Positions 13,333 to 25,349 are shown, counted from the first letter of the whole stretch. The stretch is 63,833 bases of DNA, filler included, from Lama guanicoe (GCA_013239625.1; 211 parts of 211 records of this genome joined end to end with filler, not necessarily neighbours in it); one strand, 5' to 3'. The notes: generated from the sequence alone by a model not told the origin. Made by a program: numbers and translations.

Positions 13333-13480
13333 GCATTCTGCAGGAGAAAAAGTCTTCGAAAGAATAATGATGGCGGAAGTGAAAAATTCAACACGGGGTT
13401 TAAAATAGACATTGGCAAAAATATTTCAAAAGGCAGAACAAAAACTAGAGAAGGCAAATAAGGGACAAAAGATTTTTTTA
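13333..13480 (+). mobile_element. Degenerate HAL1/L1 ORF1-like coiled-coil fragment
   Basis: GAAGTGAAAAATTCAACACGGGGTTTTAAAATAGACATTGGCAAAAATATTTCAAAAGGCAGAACAAAAA resembles HAL1/L1M ORF1. Confidence 0.4.
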
Positions 13481-14847
13481 AATAATGGGTAAGTCACACT
13501 TGTGGAAAGCGATGACACCCTTGATCACAGCTGGGNNNNNNNNNNNNNNNNNNNNNNNNNNNNNNNNNNNNNNNNNNNNTTAATTAATTAANNNNNNNNN
13601 NNNNNNNNNNNNNNNNNNNNNNNNNNNNNNNNNNNTGAAAGTCTCGTGTCTTTGCTGAACGTGTGAGTTAGTTGACCAAGCAGTAACTCATACAAAGGAA
13701 GAGGAGAAAAAAGAAACTCTAGTGGGACAGTGGAGTAAGTGCTCATTGTCATCTTCTCCACTGCAGAAAAAAATGGAAAATGCCACTACTAATTAAATAT
13801 CTGTCTTGTAAAGGCAAAGTGTCTTCAAATAAAGCCTGNNNNNNNNNNNNNNNNNNNNNNNNNNNNNNNNNNNNNNNNNNNNTTAATTAATTAANNNNNN
13901 NNNNNNNNNNNNNNNNNNNNNNNNNNNNNNNNNNNNNNCCATGCTGGTTGTAAGCAGAAAATCAGGCCCAGTCCCTACCCTAATGGAATCCACAGTCAGT
14001 GGGAAACTTATTTAAGCCAAATAGTCATCTAAGTAAATATAAAATTACAGCCGTGCTCAGCATATGAAGGAGAAGTACCTAGGACTCTACAATAGAGGTT
14101 TGCCCTGGAGGTCAGGGAAGACAGCCCCAAGGAAGCCATGANNNNNNNNNNNNNNNNNNNNNNNNNNNNNNNNNNNNNNNNNNNNTTAATTAATTAANNN
14201 NNNNNNNNNNNNNNNNNNNNNNNNNNNNNNNNNNNNNNNNNTTTCATAATGTATAAAAATACTGAGCCACTACATTGTATATTTGAAATAAAATATTGTA
14301 AGTCAATTATTTGTCAATGAAAAAAATAAAAGATTCCACATCTGTCCTAGTGCTCGTATGTCCATCTACCTAATTAACTGAAATCTAGTGATTAACTGAC
14401 CCATGAAGTCACAAGCCAATGAATAAATGAACTTTATAAGATTGNNNNNNNNNNNNNNNNNNNNNNNNNNNNNNNNNNNNNNNNNNNNTTAATTAATTAA
14501 NNNNNNNNNNNNNNNNNNNNNNNNNNNNNNNNNNNNNNNNNNNNGTAGCGGGTATGTGTGTGTGTGGAGGGGGGAGGTACTGATAATCCAAGCAACAGCC
14601 TCTGCAAAGGGAAAGAACCATCACGGTGGTGAAGCTTTGATGAACAGAGAGCCAATCAGAAGAAAGCCGTGCCCTTCCCCTACTTCGTCCTCTCGCTATC
14701 CCTCTAGTGCCCCCTACTGGCAGAAATGATCAGGGACCCGCTGGCCANNNNNNNNNNNNNNNNNNNNNNNNNNNNNNNNNNNNNNNNNNNNTTAATTAAT
14801 TAANNNNNNNNNNNNNNNNNNNNNNNNNNNNNNNNNNNNNNNNNNNN

Positions 14848-15050
14848 CATTTCTTCTCTAATATATACATTAAGTACTATAAATTTTCCTCTAAATGTGC
14901 TTTTCGTTGCATCTCACAAATTTTGATAAGTTGTATTTTTATTTTAATTTGGCTCAAAATATCATGGAATTTATCTGATTATTTCTTCTTTGACTCATGT
15001 GTTGATAGAAGTGTATTGTTTAATCTCCATATATTTTGAGATTTTCTAAT
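14848..15050 (-). mobile_element. Old LINE-1 ORF2 fragment
   Basis: CTATAAATTTTCCTCTAAATGTGCTTTTCGTTGCATCTCACAAATTTTGATAAGTTGT is the antisense of the NLWDAAKAVLRGKFI region. Confidence 0.85.
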
Positions 15051-15179
15051 NNNNNNNNNNNNNNNNNNNNNNNNNNNNNNNNNNNNNNNNNNNNTTAATT
15101 AATTAANNNNNNNNNNNNNNNNNNNNNNNNNNNNNNNNNNNNNNNNNNNNAGACACTGAATAAATGTCTAGGTTTTCTG

Positions 15180-15295
15180 TTTATGTATTTATTCAGTGAA
15201 TATTTGTGGAGCACTTGCTCTGGGCCAGGCACATGGAAACATGACGGTGAACAAAACAGGGCAAAAAAAACTCTCTTCCTCGTGGACCTTTCGTG
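15180..15295 (-). mobile_element. L2 3' end fragment
   Basis: TATTTATTCAGTGAATATTTGTGGAGCACTTGCTCTGGGCCAGGCAC...GTGAACAAAACAG...CCTCGTGGA is the antisense L2 tail. Confidence 0.75.
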
Positions 15296-16074
15296 TTTCA
15301 GTGATGAAAGAAACACAGCGCAGGAAAGATGCAATTTAAAACAGGGACGACCTNNNNNNNNNNNNNNNNNNNNNNNNNNNNNNNNNNNNNNNNNNNNTTA
15401 ATTAATTAANNNNNNNNNNNNNNNNNNNNNNNNNNNNNNNNNNNNNNNNNNNNAATGATTGCATCTACATTTTCTAACATAATGCCTAGCACACAGTACT
15501 TAATAGATATTTCTTGAATTATTTAATTAACTTTCAAAATTTAGGAAGATTTAGTTTGCTGCTTAGATGTCAGCAGTATAATTTGATTTTTAAGATACAG
15601 TTGATTAAGTATTATTAATGGAAATAAACATATGGCCATTAAGAAACAATTAAAATNNNNNNNNNNNNNNNNNNNNNNNNNNNNNNNNNNNNNNNNNNNN
15701 TTAATTAATTAANNNNNNNNNNNNNNNNNNNNNNNNNNNNNNNNNNNNNNNNNNNNCTAAAGGCCAAACCACAGAGCATCAACTGACCATTACATTAGAG
15801 TTCCCGTAATCAACAGAGTGTTACTGGACCTTCTGATTTATAAACTTGATCATTTACAGCAGCGATCCATCCTCAAAGGGAGATAGTACTTGGGAGCTCA
15901 GATTTGAGCGGGTCCAGAAGGCAGAAGTAAAGCTTAGAAACAGATGACTCAGACTTCTCNNNNNNNNNNNNNNNNNNNNNNNNNNNNNNNNNNNNNNNNN
16001 NNNTTAATTAATTAANNNNNNNNNNNNNNNNNNNNNNNNNNNNNNNNNNNNNNNNNNNNAGGATAGCAGATGCT

Positions 16075-16219
16075 GGATTTAGGGTCCACTCTAAATTAAG
16101 TATGATAGCACCTTGAGATTCTTAAAGAATTAGCTCTACCAAGAGCCTATTTCCAAATAGGTCATATTCCGAGGTCCAAGGGGCACATGAACTTGGGGGA
16201 CACTATTCAACCCACTACA
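16075..16219 (-). mobile_element. MaLR LTR (MLT1D-like), 5' terminus
   Basis: GGATTTAGGGTCCAC...CCTATTTCCAAATAGGTCATATTC...GGGGGACACTATTCAACCCACTACA; the minus strand starts TGTAGTGGGTTGAA. Confidence 0.85.
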
Positions 16220-16665
16220 TGTGGTGTGGAGATATCATGGCTGGGTGATAAACTGTCATTTANNNNNNNNNNNNNNNNNNNNNNNNNNNNNNNNNNNNNN
16301 NNNNNNTTAATTAATTAANNNNNNNNNNNNNNNNNNNNNNNNNNNNNNNNNNNNNNNNNNNNCCAGCTATGACTTTAAGCGTGGAGGTAGACCCTACATA
16401 GAGCTTGGAAATGCCACCATCACAAATATACTTTGAACCCAAACATCAAGGACTATGGCAGTCGAATGGCCAGAGATGTCTGCCATCCTGGAGGAGAAAG
16501 TTGGATGGTCTGAGAACTCCCAGTCCTGTGCAGCAGAGCCACAGGTAAGTGAATCACATGAGTGGNNNNNNNNNNNNNNNNNNNNNNNNNNNNNNNNNNN
16601 NNNNNNNNNTTAATTAATTAANNNNNNNNNNNNNNNNNNNNNNNNNNNNNNNNNNNNNNNNNNNN

Positions 16666-16771
16666 GGAATATGAAAAGAAATACATGCATGTACATGGAT
16701 GATTGAAACTATACACTGTACACCAGAAACTGACACAGCAGTCTAAATTGACTACACTTCAATTTAAAAAA
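16666..16771 (+). mobile_element. LINE-1 3' terminus with short A tail (camelid-like)
   Basis: CTGTACACCAGAAACTGACACAGCAGTCTAAATTGACTACACTTCAATTTAAAAAA. The same tail family appears at about 11030-11111 (-), 52754-52925 (-) and 59086-59130 (+). Confidence 0.75.
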
Positions 16772-17381
16772 TGTTCAGTGGGTTCCCACAACATGATCAA
16801 GAAGAAAAATGGCTAAAAAACATCAAATCCGTAATAGCCAACAAATTCATCATCATGATAATAGACAANNNNNNNNNNNNNNNNNNNNNNNNNNNNNNNN
16901 NNNNNNNNNNNNTTAATTAATTAANNNNNNNNNNNNNNNNNNNNNNNNNNNNNNNNNNNNNNNNNNNNACATGAGACATACGCATGGTCAGGGTGGTGAG
17001 ACCTCAGTAAGGACACATTGTGATGGTCTGAGCCCTGTGCCCTGCCTTCCTGCTTATTATCATCCACATTTCTGTCATTCACTGGATCCTCAGTTTACCC
17101 CAAATAACGACAGTCCATGACTACACACCCGAGTTCTTTTCTTCTCCACAGATAGAAGCCTATAGTTTCAANNNNNNNNNNNNNNNNNNNNNNNNNNNNN
17201 NNNNNNNNNNNNNNNTTAATTAATTAANNNNNNNNNNNNNNNNNNNNNNNNNNNNNNNNNNNNNNNNNNNNAAATAGAAGAACATTCATGAAAACAGACA
17301 TATATACATGCATATATATATACATATTTATTCACACACATAATTGGTTAAATATAATTAATGTGTAATACACATAAAATA

Positions 17382-17474
17382 CAGCTTTTCTTTGACTTAC
17401 TATGGGGTTACATCCTGATAAACCCATCGTCAGTTGAAAACATCGTTAAGTTGTAAATACATTTAATACACCCA
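17382..17474 (+). mobile_element. MER47/Tigger5-like DNA transposon 5' end
   Basis: TA followed by CAGCTTTTCTTTGACTTACTATGGGGTTACATCCTGATAAACCCATCGTCAGTTGAAAA; TA is the Tc1/mariner target site. Confidence 0.75.
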
Positions 17475-17877
17475 NNNNNNNNNNNNNNNNNNNNNNNNNN
17501 NNNNNNNNNNNNNNNNNNTTAATTAATTAANNNNNNNNNNNNNNNNNNNNNNNNNNNNNNNNNNNNNNNNNNNNTCACTCTGGACCTGCAGGTCAAGCAC
17601 CAAGAAGGTCAGGATTATGTTCTGTAAAGAGAAGAAGAATACACAGTTAGGATGCGGACATGCCAAAAGAGGATTATTTCTTTCTGTCTCAAAGAGGCCA
17701 AGAAAAATGGGGTCCCAGGATAGGAAAGGAGCCCCTCCTAGAGCTTCATCACACACACGTCTCACACTGACGTGAACNNNNNNNNNNNNNNNNNNNNNNN
17801 NNNNNNNNNNNNNNNNNNNNNTTAATTAATTAANNNNNNNNNNNNNNNNNNNNNNNNNNNNNNNNNNNNNNNNNNNN

Positions 17878-18003
17878 ACAGCAGTCCACCATTTCCCTAG
17901 ATTGCCGGCTCTGCTGATCAAAGCACCTTTCCTTTCTACTGACACTTGCCTCTCGAATTCATTGGCTTTTGAACGGCGAGCAGCCAAGCATGAGTATGGT
18001 AAA
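17878..18003 (+). mobile_element. ERV1-type LTR 3' end
   Basis: AAAGCACCTTTCCTTTCTACTGACACTTGCCTCTCGAATTCATTGGCTTTTGAACGGCGAGCAGCC is homologous to the reverse complement of 24954-25049. Confidence 0.65.
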
Positions 18004-20019
18004 TCACCACCCATGTGAGAGCTTGAGCCACGGTGGGGGAGCCAGAGATGCTGAGACCTGAGCCCCTTGGCTTCACTGAANNNNNNNNNNNNNNNNNNNN
18101 NNNNNNNNNNNNNNNNNNNNNNNNTTAATTAATTAANNNNNNNNNNNNNNNNNNNNNNNNNNNNNNNNNNNNNNNNNNNNAGAGACAGTTAGGAAAAAAT
18201 CTAGGAATTAAGATAGTAAAATGTTTGAAGCCGAATGTTAAAGGATTGAGGTTAAGTAGCAGACTAGGAAAATATAATTACATGGAAGATACACAAATAT
18301 ACAGAAATATAATTTACATGGAAGATAGATTTGAAAAAATTATCCAGAAAACTATCACAGCAAGAAAATTAAATGTATGAAGGNNNNNNNNNNNNNNNNN
18401 NNNNNNNNNNNNNNNNNNNNNNNNNNNTTAATTAATTAANNNNNNNNNNNNNNNNNNNNNNNNNNNNNNNNNNNNNNNNNNNNTTTCTTACACTCAAGGA
18501 GTGATGTGCAATCACTGGCGCTTGAGCTGTAAACTCCCTCGGCGCCACGACTTGCTGTCTGCCCAGTTCTTTCGGGCTGGTACCAGCGGCCCGCCTCTTT
18601 GTCTGAGAGCCTAACACTCACGCTGTCGGTTGGAGGGCCTCGGACAGCAGGGCGGCGTGAGAGCGCTCGTCTTTCCAAACCCGCACNNNNNNNNNNNNNN
18701 NNNNNNNNNNNNNNNNNNNNNNNNNNNNNNTTAATTAATTAANNNNNNNNNNNNNNNNNNNNNNNNNNNNNNNNNNNNNNNNNNNNATAAAACAAAAATA
18801 AAATCTAAAAATAGTGGATGAAGAAATTAGAACAAGGAAAACGAGACTTAAAATGAGATGGTAAAATTGAGAGTTACACTCATATCCGCAATGGTTGTCT
18901 TAAAAACCTACACACTTGGAAGCGGTGGGCCATATATTGCGGTCCAACCCTTTAACCAACCCAGGGGTCATGAACCTTTTTAGTCCCATNNNNNNNNNNN
19001 NNNNNNNNNNNNNNNNNNNNNNNNNNNNNNNNNTTAATTAATTAANNNNNNNNNNNNNNNNNNNNNNNNNNNNNNNNNNNNNNNNNNNNCACAGCAGAGC
19101 TGCTGGAGAAACTGCATTTTAAATCAAAGACCAGCAGAAAAGAAGTGTCACTTTCCCATCAATAAGGGGGCACCTGAGAGCCCCACCGCTCGAAGGATTC
19201 TGGGGAAGGTGCTCTGGCTTCTCCTCTGGGAATTCCTCTAGTCGAGAAAACACAGTCCTAGTTTTTGCTAAAAACGCCACCAGCTAACTTCCNNNNNNNN
19301 NNNNNNNNNNNNNNNNNNNNNNNNNNNNNNNNNNNNTTAATTAATTAANNNNNNNNNNNNNNNNNNNNNNNNNNNNNNNNNNNNNNNNNNNNGAAAGAGG
19401 CTACAATGAAAGGAAGCTGAACTGTCACTGACAGTCGGGGCCAAGGGTGTGTGGTATCTGTGGGCCAATTGGGGGACCCATTGAAAGAAACTATGCTTTA
19501 GTCTGAAAGTCAAAAAAATTTTTTTTTAAAAATTAACCTTGTAATCGTTTAGTGAAGGTCTAATGACTTGCTACTGGGTCCCAAACAGTTCCTGGNNNNN
19601 NNNNNNNNNNNNNNNNNNNNNNNNNNNNNNNNNNNNNNNTTAATTAATTAANNNNNNNNNNNNNNNNNNNNNNNNNNNNNNNNNNNNNNNNNNNNTCTGG
19701 GAAGGGGACCCAGACATGGATGTAGCCCAGGCTGGAGAGGCAGCCCTCTGCAGACTCTCCCAGGGAAGCAGGTAGACAGACACTTTCCTTTCTTAGGGAA
19801 TAAGGTGGGACTTCAGAAGCGGTCTTTACTAAGTCAAAGTTAAGCTCTGTCCCAAATATGGAGACTTCACTTTAGCCAGAGAAGAGAGGGCTGGCAGCNN
19901 NNNNNNNNNNNNNNNNNNNNNNNNNNNNNNNNNNNNNNNNNNTTAATTAATTAANNNNNNNNNNNNNNNNNNNNNNNNNNNNNNNNNNNNNNNNNNNNTA
20001 AACCACAGTGCCAGAGAGG

Positions 20020-20201
20020 TATGAGCAAGATGAAGAATCAGAGAAACTTTCCCAATTAAAAGAATAAGAGAAATCCCCTGAAAGAAAGATCAATGAAATA
20101 GATATGAATAGCCTAGTAGATCAAGATTTCAAAAAAGGAGCTATCAAAGTGTTGAAGGAATTAAAAAAGATAGTGTTTAGAGATATAAAATATGTCAAAA
20201 A
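20020..20201 (+). mobile_element. LINE-1 ORF1 N-terminal fragment (disrupted)
   Basis: MSKMKNQRN, then after a frameshift/stop EKSPERKINEIDMNSLVDQDFKKGAIKVLKELKKIVFRDIKYVK, resembling the start of L1 ORF1p. Confidence 0.65.
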
Positions 20202-21210
20202 NNNNNNNNNNNNNNNNNNNNNNNNNNNNNNNNNNNNNNNNNNNNTTAATTAATTAANNNNNNNNNNNNNNNNNNNNNNNNNNNNNNNNNNNNNNNNNNN
20301 NGGTTTTAAAAGCCTATGTATGTAAATGTATTTTCTGGAGGTTTCATTTCTGGCCCATTGGAGAAAGCAATGTTTTGAATTCAAATCCATTTGCCGGCAA
20401 CAGTGACGTAGTAACATTCACAATGGCCTCATCCAAGGAGGGGCTGTTAATATTGTCCATAGGAATCGATGAACTTTCCATTATTTCAAAACTGTTGCTA
20501 CTAANNNNNNNNNNNNNNNNNNNNNNNNNNNNNNNNNNNNNNNNNNNNTTAATTAATTAANNNNNNNNNNNNNNNNNNNNNNNNNNNNNNNNNNNNNNNN
20601 NNNNAAATAATATTTTGTGTGGTATTTCAAGGACAGTTTATTGTTAGAAAAATACACGGCTGTATAGAATTCAGGTGCTTCCATGCCAGAAGCCTGCAGG
20701 CCCATGATTCACCGGGATGGGAATTCCTGCACTGAGCCCTTGACAGTTGCGCAGGCCTGCGGGAGAATGAATGCGCTCGGGACCCCGTGTGTCCCAGAAG
20801 ACAGAAANNNNNNNNNNNNNNNNNNNNNNNNNNNNNNNNNNNNNNNNNNNNTTAATTAATTAANNNNNNNNNNNNNNNNNNNNNNNNNNNNNNNNNNNNN
20901 NNNNNNNTTAAGGATGCATTTCAAAAAGGGAAAAAAGGAAACTGCATGTTGTCTCATTAACGAAAGCAAGTAATGCCTTCGTAAAGTCCAGCTGGAAGTT
21001 TCATAATCGAGAAGAAGTTAAACCATTATGATAAAAGAATTGGTAAACATTACCATTGGGGAAAAAGTGTAAGATATTTATTAAATAAGGAATATCATAT
21101 CCTATCCCTANNNNNNNNNNNNNNNNNNNNNNNNNNNNNNNNNNNNNNNNNNNNTTAATTAATTAANNNNNNNNNNNNNNNNNNNNNNNNNNNNNNNNNN
21201 NNNNNNNNNN

Positions 21211-21413
21211 TTAAACAAGGTATCTTCCAAACTACTGGGAGGAAAAAATGAAAAGGGAAATAATTCAGTCATACGTTAGTTAGGTTGACTCATACGACAT
21301 GGCCTATATTCAACCATTATGGCCAACAAACATGACAGTTTTATTTGGTTCAATCTTATAATATGGTTAATTGCATTCTTGCTTTTTTAAAATTTTTTTT
21401 TAAAATCCTGGAG
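21211..21413 (+). repeat. Bubble/paralog pair B, copy 1 (partner 21514-21716)
   Basis: 5 substitutions, the first at contig position 50 and the last at 154. Confidence 0.97.
21280..21358. mobile_element. MADE2-like mariner-derived MITE (also at 21583-21661)
   Basis: About 80 bp with degenerate terminal inverted repeats TTAGGTTGACTCATACGACATGGCC...GACAGTTTTATTTGGTTCAATCTTA. Confidence 0.6.
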
Positions 21414-21513
21414 NNNNNNNNNNNNNNNNNNNNNNNNNNNNNNNNNNNNNNNNNNNNTTAATTAATTAANNNNNNNNNNNNNNNNNNNNNNNNNNNNNNN
21501 NNNNNNNNNNNNN

Positions 21514-21716
21514 TTAAACAAGGTATCTTCCAAACTACTGGGAGGAAAAAATGAAAAGGGAAGTAATTCAGTCATACGTTAGTTAGGTTGACTCATACGA
21601 CATGGCCTGTATTCAACCATTGTGGCCAACAAACATGACAGTTTTATTTGGTTCAATCTTACAATACGGTTAATTGCATTCTTGCTTTTTTAAAATTTTT
21701 TTTTAAAATCCTGGAG
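21514..21716 (+). repeat. Bubble/paralog pair B, copy 2 (partner 21211-21413)
   Basis: 198/203 identical to the preceding contig. Confidence 0.97.
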
Positions 21717-22134
21717 NNNNNNNNNNNNNNNNNNNNNNNNNNNNNNNNNNNNNNNNNNNNTTAATTAATTAANNNNNNNNNNNNNNNNNNNNNNNNNNNN
21801 NNNNNNNNNNNNNNNNCTTTATCCCATCAGTAGTCAGTCCTTCCCAAAGCCCTCACATGGTTCTTGAAGTTCTTTTTATTCAGGAAACAAATTAGAAATG
21901 CAATTTTTCTTTGATAAAAAAGCTTTTAAAAATATTCAAGTGAAATGGATTGATGGTAGTTTTTTTTTAAAAATTGTTGGATGTCAGGCAGTGGCAATTA
22001 TTAATAACAGTAGCAAAATNNNNNNNNNNNNNNNNNNNNNNNNNNNNNNNNNNNNNNNNNNNNTTAATTAATTAANNNNNNNNNNNNNNNNNNNNNNNNN
22101 NNNNNNNNNNNNNNNNNNNTTGCTGGGAGGCGAT

Positions 22135-22322
22135 GGGTTTGCTAAGGCTGCCATCATGAAGGGCCACGGAGACTGGGGGGCTTAACCAAGGGATTTATTT
22201 TCTTCCAGTTCTGGAGGCTTGAAGTCCAAGGTCAGAGTGTTGGCAGGCTTGGTTCCCGCTGAGGCCTCGCTCCTTGGCTTGTAGTTGGCTGTCTTCTTCT
22301 TGTGTAATCATGAGGTCTTTAT
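22135..22322 (-). mobile_element. MaLR LTR (MLT1A-like)
   Basis: GGCTGCCAT...ACTGGGGGGCTTAACCAAGGGATTTATTTTCTTCCAGTTCTGGAGGCTTGAAGTCCAAGGTCAGAGTGTTGGCAGG. Confidence 0.85.
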
Positions 22323-22725
22323 NNNNNNNNNNNNNNNNNNNNNNNNNNNNNNNNNNNNNNNNNNNNTTAATTAATTAANNNNNNNNNNNNNNNNNNNNNN
22401 NNNNNNNNNNNNNNNNNNNNNNGCGTCTTTCCCTGCAATACTCCATATTCCTGAACGTACCTGTGAGTAAACACAGGCGGATGTGAGCGACTGCACCCTG
22501 GTTCTGGAAGGGAACGTGGAAACTGATTACAGTGGTTATGTCTGCGCAAGGACCTGGGACCGGCCACAATCCTGCCTGCTCTGGAGGGTCAAAGCCTTGT
22601 CCTTGGAGAGATTTTTCTAGCCAGANNNNNNNNNNNNNNNNNNNNNNNNNNNNNNNNNNNNNNNNNNNNTTAATTAATTAANNNNNNNNNNNNNNNNNNN
22701 NNNNNNNNNNNNNNNNNNNNNNNNN

Positions 22726-22928
22726 CTATGGGGAAAATTAATGGAAGATAAAGGTTATTTTAGGTTTGTGTGTACACATCCATTTCACCACTGACCTCCA
22801 ATCTCCCATAGAGGAATGCTCTTTTCTTTCCAGTACAGGAAGAACAACTTTCTCGTAGGAAATTCTATAACCTAATTTTAAGTAGAAAGGAGGAGGTCAG
22901 GGAGTCCTTCCTGCATCTGTTGTTTCTC
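22726..22928 (-). mobile_element. ERV1 (MER4-group-like) LTR fragment
   Basis: AAAGGAGGAGGTCAGGGAGTCCTTCCTGCATCTGTTGTTTCTC resembles antisense MER31/MER67-type LTR. Confidence 0.5.
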
Positions 22929-23682
22929 NNNNNNNNNNNNNNNNNNNNNNNNNNNNNNNNNNNNNNNNNNNNTTAATTAATTAANNNNNNNNNNNNNNNN
23001 NNNNNNNNNNNNNNNNNNNNNNNNNNNNTTAAGGCAAAGAAAAACAAAACACCTTTTTGCTTATTTTAGATATTAAATTTTTTTTGTGGTCCAAGTCCTA
23101 GTCTTCTGACTTCCCCTCGTTGGAGGAAAGTATTTCTCTTAGCATAGGAATTATGAGGTTTCCCTTAATAAAAGGGTGGGGAGGGTACCATTTGGCTGGA
23201 ATAGTAAACACTTCATCATCTGTGTCTTTCTNNNNNNNNNNNNNNNNNNNNNNNNNNNNNNNNNNNNNNNNNNNNTTAATTAATTAANNNNNNNNNNNNN
23301 NNNNNNNNNNNNNNNNNNNNNNNNNNNNNNNCAAAACAAGGTAGATGTTTATTTTATGTGGTCCTTATATGAGGAGTTTTAAACTAAAAACCAGAGGTGT
23401 GCAGAGGAGACAGGCAGACCTCTGCGGACCGATGAATCTTGCAGAACCAAAGTCCTCCTGTTTCCAGGCCTTTATCAGACTGGCTTTGATTCTGGAGATG
23501 AGGACAGAGCTGGAGAAAGTTTATCCTGCCCATANNNNNNNNNNNNNNNNNNNNNNNNNNNNNNNNNNNNNNNNNNNNTTAATTAATTAANNNNNNNNNN
23601 NNNNNNNNNNNNNNNNNNNNNNNNNNNNNNNNNNATTAATGTCTTCTTTCAGTAAAATAGAAGCAATATATTACTCTTAAGT

Positions 23683-23837
23683 CCGACAAAGACAAATATC
23701 TTATGGTATCCCTTATATTTGGAATCTGAAAAATGATACAAATTAACTTATTTATAAGACAGAAATAAACTCACAGATACAGAAAACAGATAGTTACCAA
23801 AGGGGGAAATGGGAGGAGGAATTAAATTAGGAATTTG
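23683..23837 (+). mobile_element. LINE-1 ORF2 end / 3' UTR
   Basis: AAAGACAAATATCTTATGGTATCCCTTATATTTGGAATCT...AACTTATTTATAAGACAGAAATAAACTCACAGATACAGAAAAC. Confidence 0.8.
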
Positions 23838-24953
23838 NNNNNNNNNNNNNNNNNNNNNNNNNNNNNNNNNNNNNNNNNNNNTTAATTAATTAANNNNNNN
23901 NNNNNNNNNNNNNNNNNNNNNNNNNNNNNNNNNNNNNCATTGGCCTTGGTTTTTGAAGGTTTTTATCTACCAAAGTCCATCTATTATTAATGTTTCCTCC
24001 ATTTTAAAATAATTGAAAACTAATAGCACTTTGTATACCAAAGTTATTAGCAGCATTATGCACAATAGCCAAAAGGTGGAAGCAACCTAAGTGTACACTG
24101 AGGGATGAATGGATAAACTAAGTGTAGTTTAGTTTCTATTNNNNNNNNNNNNNNNNNNNNNNNNNNNNNNNNNNNNNNNNNNNNTTAATTAATTAANNNN
24201 NNNNNNNNNNNNNNNNNNNNNNNNNNNNNNNNNNNNNNNNATTCTTCCCAAATACATCACACCAATAGCTCATTTTTTACATGATGAATAGAAACAGTAC
24301 TTCCCAGGACTTGTGAATAGTAAACACTGTGACGGGCTCTCTAACAAACTAACTTACTTAGACTGATGTCTTACTGCTGCCCACTGAAATTCCGTGTGTG
24401 CTGTGTTCTGCCTCTTTAGTTTTAAAATTTGCAGTCATTCCCANNNNNNNNNNNNNNNNNNNNNNNNNNNNNNNNNNNNNNNNNNNNTTAATTAATTAAN
24501 NNNNNNNNNNNNNNNNNNNNNNNNNNNNNNNNNNNNNNNNNNNGGATAAAGGATGACAGCGTCTGATCTGGTCCCCACCGCCTTAGAAAAGCTAAGGACG
24601 GCTGTCAGCAACCAGCCGAAGGAGGGGGCGGGGCCCCGTCAGCAGTTGATATGTCCTTCCCCTCCTCCCCAGTGAGGACAGGGGACTAAAGCCCATTCGC
24701 CCCGCGTTCCCAGACGGAGACTGAGTCAGCTGTTCCTGATTAGAGANNNNNNNNNNNNNNNNNNNNNNNNNNNNNNNNNNNNNNNNNNNNTTAATTAATT
24801 AANNNNNNNNNNNNNNNNNNNNNNNNNNNNNNNNNNNNNNNNNNNNCCTTCCTAGAAGGGGGACATAGGATACTGGTGAACCCAGCTAGCAGACAGGTTA
24901 ATACTTGACAAGACATGATAATAAAATGTGATAATACTGTAACTGGATGGGAC

Positions 24954-25049
24954 TGGTACCAAACCCAAACTGGGCGGCTCACCGCTCAAAAGGCCAATGT
25001 TTGAGAGGCAGGTGTTGGTGGAAAAGGAAAAGTTGCTTTATCCAAGAGG
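24954..25049 (-). mobile_element. ERV1-type LTR 3' end (same family as 17878-18003)
   Basis: Minus strand reads ATAAAGCAACTTTTCCTTTTCCACCAACACCTGCCTCTCAAACATTGGCCTTTTGAGCGGTGAGCCGCCCAGTTTGGGTTTGGTACCA, ending in CA. Confidence 0.65.
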
Positions 25050-25212
25050 NNNNNNNNNNNNNNNNNNNNNNNNNNNNNNNNNNNNNNNNNNNNTTAATTA
25101 ATTAANNNNNNNNNNNNNNNNNNNNNNNNNNNNNNNNNNNNNNNNNNNNATGAGCATCTCCGTTTTGGTACTGACGCCCGCTTCTCTGTGCGATGGGTGT
25201 TCTTGCGCCCAG

Positions 25213-25349
25213 GAAGAAGGCGGAAGACCACTCTCTCGTCGGCTGTAAGAAGTTCAAAGAAAGCCCCAAGCCTCCGGAGGAGCCAAGCAATTACATGCAA
25301 AACAACTTTTCACCGGAGGATGACACTTCTAAAGTGAACAGCAAAGCAG
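25213..25349 (+). CDS. Candidate internal coding exon, protein unidentified
   Basis: Acceptor-like TTCTTGCGCCCAG|G and donor-like CAG|GTG at the contig end, with open frame KKAEDHSLVGCKKFKESPKPPEEPSNYMQNNFSPEDDTSKVNSKA. Confidence 0.3.

Noticed and set aside
20347..20502. Minus-strand open frame SSNSFEIMESSSIPMDNINSPSLDEAIVNVTTSLLPANGFEFKTLLSPMGQK
   Set aside because: It looks protein-like, but I cannot assign it and an open frame of about 50 codons is expected by chance.
21211..21716. Apparent tandem duplication with a 303-bp unit
   Set aside because: The copies are separate contigs split by the artificial linker and have bubble geometry.
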